This document shows positions 55,230 through 64,000 of a stretch of 64,000 bases of DNA, in pieces; positions within the stretch are counted from its first letter, which is position 1; every line of letters starts with the position of its first letter. The DNA comes from Tubulanus polymorphus (Eukaryota > Animalia > Nemertea), in NCBI RefSeq assembly GCF_964204645.1, contig NC_134025.1:25834299-25898298 (forward strand), given 5' to 3'. The notes below the pieces were generated by a model. That model had not been told where the DNA came from, did no database searches, and worked only from the letters and a program-made list of their open reading frames with translations. The translations under genes were made by a program, and so were the position numbers.

Positions 55230-56853
55230 TAAGTCCGCACTGTACACATGGGGTATGATATATAATGCAGAGCTGCCATTACTCTGCATATCATACGAAA
55301 CAATTAACTTTCAAATTCACAGTTAAAATAGTAGTACCAGTATCAAGTAGTTTCAATAGTTACAACAGATTAATAAAGATAACACAATGAGAAGAAGTTC
55401 GGCGTAATGAGATATGATATGGGGGTATACTGGTACCGGCAATGAATGACGATTAAAATCAGAAGATAAGTTGAATTTTAAAGAAGAAAATATATGTACA
55501 GTGCGTCTTAGTAGAAATACCACTTGTGGCTTGGCAAATTTTTGTACCTTACCCATCAATAACTGGTATCAAAATATCAAGAATCTAAGAAATAAGCTGT
55601 AAATCTGAAACGATCAGTAAAAAGTGTAATGAAATGTTCATTTCGGTTGGATGGGTAAGGACAGGTTGACGATCTTGCTGGCGATTTGGCGATGGAGTGA
55701 CGGTTATTGTTTGATTTTGAATTTTGAATTTTTCGCAGAATTGAAGCGAATCGAAATATAATTTTTCGGTGAATGGCTTCTGGGGCGAAAGATGAAGCCA
55801 AAATATTTGATGTTAGAAATAGGTTCAAGACGAACAGGGAAGGAATTGGTAGAATTTGTGAGAATTCTTGATTTTGCGCACAGCAGGAAATTCCACCCAC
55901 TTTCTAGAACCAGTCAGTTCAATTGCTCGTTCACTGGATGTTGATAGAAGGTTGAATCGTGACTGGGCAGTAAAGCGATCCATAGACCAAAATCTGATTT
56001 GGTTTGCAGATTTGGCTACGTCGGGAATTTCCATTGTGCTAAGGCCAAACACACATGACGATTTTTGCAAGCCGAGTCATGTGCCCCACTCAATCGCCAC
56101 CGAGCCTCCAGTCATACGATGTAGTGAGTAGATCAGGCGATTTTTCGAGCCCACTCACCGGAATGCTGCACTCCCGCGCAGATTACATAGTGCAATTCCC
56201 ACGGTGACCCCGCTCGACAATGTATCAGTTTCGGTGCCAATGATTGGCTACCACGAATCCATATTTGGCAGATCTAATTGATGCAGTGGACATACCAGAC
56301 GATATTGATCGAGCGATTGATTGGTCGTCCAAGTCCAAGATGTTCGAAATCAAACAGGCGATTTTTTAGTCACCCGATCAACATAGGTACAGGTGTGCCC
56401 AATTCATTGATGAGATTCGCCCAATTAAGACTCTCAAGATGATAGCCGTTCCTTGGGCCGAAATTTGCACATGAACGACCTGATAAACGGGAAATTGTAT
56501 TATGTAGTCAGTGCAGTAGTACAACCACCCGTGAATAAGTTTGAAAAGCCGTCTGATCTGCTCACTCCATCGTGCAAAGTAAGGACCGGTGCTGATTGAG
56601 TCGGACACATGAATCGTCAGGATAAGTCGTCAAGTGAACCCGGGAAGAATTCTGAAATATCCAAAAACATTACATCCTTCGCGTACCAGAAGCCATAGCA
56701 CATTGCACTGAACTTCGGCCGAAAAGATGTGAGATATTAAAGTTGAATCGGAAAGTATCAGTTCAGTGCTTTTTATAGACATATTATAGCTAGCTATAAT
56801 ATGACTATGTTAGACCTACATAAAGTAGGCCTGTGAACCGTCAATCCATCGCC
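55230..56853 (-). ncRNA. Long branched fold-back directly downstream of the orphan ORF (structured 3' UTR / hairpin RNA)
   Basis: Basal stem 55688-55705/56836-56853 (17/18); 55773-55783/56686-56696 (11 bp perfect); ~280-bp imperfect rod ~56060-56330/56357-56635; side branches; further stems 55236-55246/55495-55505 and 55547-55557/55650-55660. Confidence 0.65.
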
Positions 56854-56866
56854 GCGCGGAGCAGAT

Positions 56867-57565
56867 TCATGATAAAATATCTACGCTGTTGGAAGAGAAA
56901 CAACATCCGAACATCTTCTTGAAGAATTTCTTGATTTTCTTGAATCTGCTGGTTCTCCTCCTCGGCTCCTCAATTACAAATGCATTCACTGGAGTGATTT
57001 TGTATTCGGGTCCGTAGTCGTAGTCGTAGAATCGCTCAAATTCGTCATCATTTTCGGCGATCATTTCGGAGGCCGTGATCTCGAAAGCTAATTGTCTTCG
57101 CTCGAATTGTCGTCTTCTCATCATCGTGACGGTTGGGGTCAGAGGTCTGCAGATTCGGCGAACAACTGGCGCATACATGGCAATTTCGTCTGGCTGGCCG
57201 AGAGATTCCGTCGAAGAGGAGATATCAATGACGCTGCAAATATCGCTTATGTTGCTTCCGAAACTCTTCAAACTAGCAGCTTCTACCACGTAGGTTTTGT
57301 CAGAATGGAAGCTGTGCTCGTCATCTGCATTGTAGTCTTCATCGCCGACATCAGCGAAATCAGCGACATCAGCATCACCAGCATCGGAAGGAGTAACCGG
57401 GCTAGGCTCTGCCTCAATGCTTTTCCATACAACTTGGTCGGGCGAGAATACTCTACTTGTCGTCCATGTTTTCCCCTTGTCGTCGCGGATAACTCTAACC
57501 ACACCATCATCGCCAATATCATAGCCGATTTCGGCTTCTTTTACCAAAACGCGAGTAACAGGCAT
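56867..57565 (-). CDS. Orphan 232-aa protein (intronless CDS), acidic/low-complexity middle, basic amphipathic C-terminal helix with Cys-Cys
   Basis: 699-nt open frame, GC-richer than its flanks, with a TATA/Inr and a splice acceptor upstream. C-terminus RRRTSRFKKIKKFFKKMFGCCFSS. No family recognised. Confidence 0.65.
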   Translation of the reverse strand: MPVTRVLVKEAEIGYDIGDDGVVRVIRDDKGKTWTTSRVFSPDQVVWKSIEAEPSPVTPSDAGDADVADFADVGDEDYNADDEHSFHSDKTYVVEAASLKSFGSNISDICSVIDISSSTESLGQPDEIAMYAPVVRRICRPLTPTVTMMRRRQFERRQLAFEITASEMIAENDDEFERFYDYDYGPEYKITPVNAFVIEEPRRRTSRFKKIKKFFKKMFGCCFSSNSVDILS

Positions 57566-57697
57566 CTAGAAATATTCATGCGTATCATTTTTGAAGACGG
57601 TGAAGCGGAAAAAATATGCCCAGTTTTTCAATAGTTTGGTTGATAAAGACAGTATTCGAATTTCTTTCGAAATCGTCCACTCAATAGAAATAGACCT

Positions 57698-57730
57698 ACT
57701 GCATCCCCAACGCGATGTCAAATATTTATA
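57698..57730 (-). promoter_or_regulatory. TATA box plus initiator for the orphan gene
   Basis: TATAAATA on the minus strand (57730-57723), 30 nt upstream of an Inr-like gcAgt (A at 57700). Confidence 0.55.
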
Positions 57731-58744
57731 AACTGACACCCTAATATGGTAGGCTAGGCATTAAATGAAACAATGACGGGGCGAATTAATTTTCAACTGC
57801 CAAGAGAAAAAATATTTCGTAAGTTATCTTTAAAAAAAAAATGTGGGAAAACAATTCCTTCCGGCGACGGCATCCGTTCCTCTGTCATTAGTTTGATGCT
57901 CATCTCAAAAATCTTCCGTCTCAATGTTCAATAATCAATATTTAAGATGAAGATCACTGAAGATCTCATACCCAGTGAAAAATATAATATATTTTATGCT
58001 GACACCCCAATCAGGATGCCTAAATAATTGCAGCACCGACGTAAGGGGTACATATTCAATTCTGAAAACCGGATAGCTTAAACTCGAGACCCTTGAAATA
58101 ACTCATAATTAAATAGAAATAAGAGTTGGCAGGTTTATTATTCATTTCTAATTGTTTTTACTTAAAAATAATTAAGTTTACAAGTACATGTATCATCTAG
58201 TAGATATTATATGTCGTTTATGTTAATATTGATGAAAAAAAGCTAAGTAATAAATATCCCATTCAAAACAGTTCAATTCCACCGTATGTTATCTATCTCA
58301 TCAACTCAGGAATTGGATTCGTATCAAAAGACAAAATATGTATTTAGGAATTTTCGCCTAGACCTGCATCTGATGAGGGCCCCTAATCCATAAACACATT
58401 CTGAAAACACTTGAAAAAAGTTTCTCCAGCTTATAGTTACATAAATCAAAAGACAATTCGGAATGTATGATGTTTGTATCTTTGATGTTGAAAGTGGACT
58501 TGGCGTCCCCCGAATCACTTGCACGTATTAAAGCTTTGTTAAAAGTTATACACAATTTGGTTAGAAGACTGAGACAGGCATGATACTGCCACGAAAACAC
58601 CACTAAAATCGCTCACATAATCCACCACAAACACGTAACTAAGTTACAAAAAGCTTGCGAGATGATTTCTCGATGAAATTTTGAATCAATTTAAACACGA
58701 TTTACAACTTAAAAACTTAATGATCTTCATTTCCACATACTTAC

Positions 58745-58950
58745 ATTTGCTAATGCGTCTTGTTTTATTCGTATTAAGTACTATTTTCTTTAATTTTCTG
58801 CTATAAGTCACCTAACAACGGCACTTTAGTCGAGCTGCAACTTTGACTAACTTCACTGAAGCGAGTCTTTATAGTTACTATGGATGCTGAAACTACGCGC
58901 ATGCCCGCCCGTCGTCACGCTATGACGTCACTAGGGGCTCCAGCCGCGGA
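58745..58950 (-). promoter_or_regulatory. CpG-rich distal promoter and candidate non-coding first exon for the orphan gene
   Basis: CRE TGACGTCA at 58923-58930, NRF1-like gcgcatgccc at ~58897, GC box. An ATG-free stretch ends at the donor |gtaagt (58744); an acceptor tttctag| directly precedes ATG 57565. Confidence 0.45.
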
Positions 58951-59448
58951 GGCGAAATTTACCGATTGCATGTATGGCGTGTTGATACCCTGGCTAACGT
59001 TTTGATAATATAGGATAATTCTGGACTTGTCTGCATTTTGAAAGTATTCAAAATCACTGCGTCTAAACAAATAAAATGCCTTAAACATATATTTCGCTAA
59101 CAAATTTAAGACACGACTGAAAACCAGAAAATCATATTGCTTGGAATATGATTTCTTCACAATTCTTATTTATGATACATATTTAAGCATGAATATCCAT
59201 CGACCCGAATCGATGAATTAAAGTGGTACAGATACTCGGTTTTAGTTCACTTCGACTGGCATTTTTCTATCAAATTTTTCATTTATTTTGATTCCCGTTG
59301 ATATCACGCGCGTTATCAACGGGGATCGCTCAAAAGTTATACCTGTGAGCATCACATTTTCAACGTTTTTTGGGGGGAGGGCTCCAGAACACTGTTCAGT
59401 TCCAAATAAAAATCTAACCCTCCCGCCACTTTCCTCCTCACACTACGG

Positions 59449-59627
59449 TGCGGGCCTGATTTGAATGGAGTGTTGTATCATTCAAAACCCAATTCTGAGT
59501 TGAAACTGACTCTAAATGGATTCCGTGGTTTGACTCTTATTAAGAGTTATTTCCAATAGTTTCACTGTGCAGTCGAAATTGAATTCAGAACTGTGGAATA
59601 AGGCGCGATCGACAAATCAGGCCCGCA
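59449..59627. mobile_element. ~180 bp MITE-like element
   Basis: Perfect 15-bp terminal inverted repeat tgcgggcctgatttg (59449-59463) / caaatcaggcccgca (59613-59627). No clear TSD. Confidence 0.55.
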
Positions 59628-60536
59628 TCCCTGTCCTTTGTATTTTCATGATGGTGGACCTCTTACGACGTGTACGGTTAGTGATATTTTCGATACGAGT
59701 TTTTTTTTCACCAAAAATAGTCAGACACAATTTTATTAGTTACGAAACGTTTTACGCAGTTGGTCTGCCGACTTTAGAGCGTCTTCAATTGTCTTGCACT
59801 TCCCCTAGCGGGAAACTTTCTTCCTTTGTTGCAGAATAACGGCTTTAATTCTTCTTGTACGGTAACTACGTGTAAGCAAAAGTCCTCGATTTAGACAAAA
59901 CCGTCTCCTTATCCATCGACAATACATGAATCAACAACGGAAAATAAATTTCTTCTTTTCTGTTTATTTCATTCACTATGTACTTTCTGATAATCTTTTA
60001 CAAAACAAATTCACTCAATACAATATTTCGATTCATATTCACTTCCTAGACACGTTTTTCAAGATTTAATGAATGAATTCAAAAAAGTATTCCTAAATTC
60101 ATAGCACAATATACCCTGACTTTAAATACCCCAAGATTCAAGTCTGACACACACTGGTAAAATTCTTATTCAGCGCTTAAGTTTATTTGGACACTATTGT
60201 GCACTGTATGATATTCTTACTCTAGAACTGCATTTATTTTAGTCACAGCTGGCATCAATCATAATCCATAATAAACCAGGTGACATCAGGTAAAGGTGAC
60301 ATCATCTTAGATTCAGATCATAACATAGTAAAGACATGCTGTCATCACACCGTAAAAGCTTAACTAAATGTTCACAGAAAAAGTATGTAAACCTTGATCA
60401 CATTTATCTATTGATGAATAAAGTTAAAAGTACAGGCAGTATTACGCAATCATAACTGTTTCATTGTTCATCGTGTTAATTTTACTTTCAGATTTATCTG
60501 CTTGAGATCAAAAGTATGTAAACTAATCTCACGCGA

Positions 60537-62772
60537 TCAAAACAATTTAGCTCCGTATCCGAATGTTTGTCGAATGCGATCCCAGTAGAAGTTTTTCCAG
60601 CCGTCTTTCGTACGATCGAAATCGGTCGCCGGTATTCCTGATTGCGTGAGAGTTAATTGCGTTGATCCGTCACGGTCGTCTAGCGTGAGCGTCACCTCCG
60701 AGTAGTGCGCCGCTGGCCAATCTTTCAAACGCCATTTCATTTTGATTTTCTCGTTCAAAACCTGCAATAGACAGATTTACGACAGTTCAATATCCAACTA
60801 GCATATGATTAGGCACCACCATTCGATACAGCAGTTATGACGAGCAGTTCTATCCAATGAGCTTTCATTTAGGTATCAGTTATATCATAATACATTTTCC
60901 AGCAAAAGTTGCACAGCGCACGTGAAGAACAGTTGCTTGAACTCGGACGCATTCAGTTTTCTACTTACAAGTTCAGTGAATTCACCAGATATTGTGTTTC
61001 CATAAAATGAAAATCGTCCACCTTTTTCGCACCTGAATTCACTGACAGCCTTTTGCGTAAATGCATTAACCATCTGAAATAATAAGTAACTAATTACATT
61101 CACAAACTCATATACATAAAAATATCGATTCAACCATTGTGTATTTAATCTACTTACCTCTTCTTCAGTAAGTGATCTATATAGTAGAGGAGGTGGACAT
61201 TGGAAGTCGACTTTTGTGGTTAATTTCTTGGTCGATATTTTAACGCCAGTAGTCGGTTTAGATTCAACTGCTTGATTGAGAATTTTCTTCGCAACATTTT
61301 CCTATGTAGCCGTAATATGAAATTGGTTTTTTAATTTACAGAAAATGCACATACATTAATTACATCATTGAACCAACATGCAGATTCATCTCACCTTTCC
61401 CTGAGCCTTTTCTTCTTTGCGTTCATTACTATTGGTTGTTTTATCTTTTGATGGAAGTATCATTCCCTTCGAAAATTCTATAAATAAAATACAATCTTTC
61501 ATCTAATTTTATCAGAAAATGAATGCACTGCTACCATACGATTACATATGTACAATATACACTAGGGCAGATTTAGGGGGTGGTATGAATAAATCTTAAC
61601 ACCAATGGTGTAATGCACAGTGGCCTTAAAATCTTCCTAGATGTGCCTCTGTATATACCGGTACACTGTGAGAGTAAATTGAAATTTTACCTTCTTTAAG
61701 CCCAGTAATATATTTAGCTAGTTGATTTCTGATAAGAAAAGATCCTTTTAGATGAACGATCTGTTTAAGAGTATACGCAGGATCACTGTTGTCTTTGGTC
61801 GAGACACTTATCTGTTAAATCAATTGAAAGAAGTTAGACCCAGTATTGTGAAATACACATGGCTTATGTGGCAATCATCAACCACTATCAAAAACTAATT
61901 GGCTTCTGGGGCTTTTGAATTAACAAGTCAATTCTTTCAGCATGATTTCAATTGTTTCTGTATCACTTACATCGATCTCCTCTGCAGAATTTTCTTCACT
62001 TAAATTTGGAATTTCAATGGTTCCATTAATCTTTTCATCACTATCAGTCAACATTCCTGCAAATAGAGAGTTATTTTTTTATCTTATGTATTCCACAGCA
62101 TTTAAATCCAATGTGTGACTGCTGAGTTTATGCGCAAATTACCTTCCCAATTTAGTTTTATATGCCATTCGTAGAAGAATATTAATTTAGCCTTTCTATT
62201 ATTTGCTACTGCCTCTCCATCGATGCTGACTACTTCATTAATCCTACATTTACCTGGAATTGAGTAAAAAAAGGCTTGCTGTTATCATCTAAGACAAAGT
62301 TAGGAAAAACATCCGATTTTTCATGGGATTTTTTATACCTTCATTTGTCTCTATAATAAGATCCATCAGCAGTGATTTGAGTTTATCTTTTGACCACCCT
62401 GAAGCATTTTTTTCAGTCCTGAAAAGTAACGACATCTTGTTTCTAGTCAATCACTAATATAAGATTGGACTCTACAATTAAAATCAATTGATTTAATTCA
62501 TGAATTAGTGAAATAACCCTTTTACTGATAATAGGGGTATCAATTTTGTTAATGCCATCATGAGGGTGGTTTGATATGTCAAGAAACTCAAACAGCAGGG
62601 CACAAGTTAAAAAGGTTAAGACTTTGAATGCATTACCACTACTCTACCACTACCAGGAGGGTATAATTACTTGACAACATACAATAACATACCAGTGCCA
62701 ATTGTTTACATTCGTTCCATCAGTCCGATCTTCTACAATCCAACGTGGATCTCCTTCACCCCACTTCGCCAT
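60537..62772 (-). CDS. AHSA1: Activator of HSP90 ATPase 1 (Aha1), multi-exon
   Basis: MAKWGEGDPRWIVEDRTDGTNVNNWHW|TEKNASGWSK, NNRKAKLIFFYEW, EIPNLSEEN, and a START-like C-domain ending FYWDRIRQTFGYGAKLF. Confidence 0.97.
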
Positions 62773-63033
62773 GATACTAATGGTAATCTGCTCGGATTTG
62801 TTTGTAGTGTGATGATGTGGCTACCGCCCGGGGTTACAGAAAAAATAAAAGCCAAGAAGGACAAGGTGGTGGGAATTATTCTCCTGTTCTTATCTGACGA
62901 GTTCAACTTTCCTTCCTCGATCTTGATGATGATGATATACTGGGCCTTTCCTTAGATACTACAGCCAGAGTGTCGGGAATGACGAAAATAAAAGTCGATG
63001 TCGTATCTTACTCTTATTTTACGGAATTCTACA

Positions 63034-63048
63034 TGAATTTTCCAGAAA
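63034..63048. promoter_or_regulatory. Heat-shock element upstream of AHSA1
   Basis: tGAAttTTCcaGAAa is three perfect alternating nGAAn units ~260 bp upstream of the AHSA1 ATG. Hsp90 co-chaperones are typical HSF1 targets. Confidence 0.7.
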
Positions 63049-63513
63049 ATTGTAACCCGGAAATGAATTCGGCACGTTGTGGAGGCGTATGGGGGCAGCA
63101 CCTACCGGGTCTACATCACATGCCAGTGATAACTTCGTGTTCATTCTAGCGGCGCCCGGCCGGCGCGTATGTGTGCCTGGTATTGCCGTACGACTGGAGG
63201 CTCGGGTTTAACTAATTAGCTCAGTACATATTCCTGTAATATCAATAATGTGAGTAATTTAGGTATAATCTATCATAACATAATCGGTCATATTAGACAA
63301 CTTTTTCTCTACCAGCCTTTTGCCATTGGTCATACATTACTCGAACTAACTAGTCTATGGTTATTTGACAATAGGCGCATTGAAGTTTTTATGCCCTATA
63401 AAGAGCCTTTTATTAGAACGAGTCGCTTTGCACAGGCAGATATACTAGCCGGGTTAAAACCGCGTCGCGTTGAGTGAGTTTTTCGTGACAGCGCACGGAA
63501 CTCGAGCGGTAAA

Positions 63514-64000
63514 ATGGTTGTTGATGAGGTTTTAAAAAATCTTGGGAGGTTTGGCCCGTGGCAGATTTTGTTATACTGTGGCTTTGCGGCTAGCACACTT
63601 GGCGCGATTACCTGGCAAATTCTGTCGACTATATTCATAGGTACGTGTATGATTTTTAAACAGGTGTTGCAATAATTCTCAAATGATATGGTTAATCTAG
63701 GTAATGCTAATTTTTAGGAGCCACGCCGCAACATCATTGTAATGTAAACTCAAGCCTTCTTCCTCTCGTGATAAAGAATGGCAAATGGACTATTGACAGT
63801 TGTAAAATATATAATTCCTCATCACCTGAAGACAACACAACCATAGAGTGCAATAACGGCTGGAAATACGATTATTCATATGGAACTTCGATTGTTACTG
63901 AGGCAAAACACCCGATTACGTTCAATTTTTCCCTGTCTTCCCGACTTTTTCTGACTAACATTTTTTTAAAACTTTTCAGTGGAATCTAGTTTGTAGTGAT
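63514..64000 (+). CDS. SLC22-family organic cation/anion transporter, 5' part; exons 63514-63640, 63718-63902, 63980->64000
   Basis: MVVDEVLKNLGRFGPWQ...FIG|ATPQHHC...C..GWKYDYSYGTSIVTE|WNLVCSD, the SLC22 N-terminal and extracellular loop signatures. Confidence 0.9.

Noticed and set aside
56378-56608. 76-aa minus ORF in the hairpin arm
   Set aside because: No ATG at the listed start, and the homologous opposite arm has a stop in the equivalent frame.
57092-57634. 180-aa plus-strand ORF
   Set aside because: Antisense shadow of the 232-aa ORF; no promoter or protein-like features.
58370-58410. CTGATGA...GAAA as a hammerhead ribozyme
   Set aside because: Stems I-III and the cleavage triplet could not be built.
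59410-59425. ctaaccct as a telomerase RNA template
   Set aside because: Only 8 nt; no pseudoknot, CR4/5 or H/ACA features seen.
62600-62700. U12-type intron in AHSA1 or other genes
   Set aside because: The donors inspected lack the RTATCCTT consensus.

Overview
AT-rich, gene-dense animal genomic DNA with mostly ~70-100 nt spliceosomal introns. It looks like a compact invertebrate, probably lophotrochozoan, genome (inference). Gene order: 3' part of NEPRO/RMP64 (+); a 66-aa Cbp4/UQCC3-like membrane microprotein (-) missing from the ORF track, head-to-head with NDUFB3 (+); an LRR plus death-domain gene, LRRD1-like (-); DNAJC13/RME-8 (+, ~49 coding exons); RRBP1/p180-kinectin family (+) with an internal array of duplicated phase-0 coiled-coil exons, microexons and a LIR-type cassette; COG3 (-); a ~7 kb accessory interval; AHSA1 (-); start of an SLC22 transporter (+). 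The most unusual part is 51.7-59 kb. An orphan 232-aa ORF (-) with clear promoter elements is followed, from 14 nt after its stop codon, by ~5 kb of non-coding sequence packed with nested inverted repeats. These include a ~1.2 kb branched fold-back, a ~500 nt multi-branch domain with a duplicated hairpin module, and a repeated stem with a compensatory base-pair change. This suggests an undescribed large structured RNA (giant 3' UTR, lncRNA or hpRNA). All structures were read by eye; no folding or database search was run.
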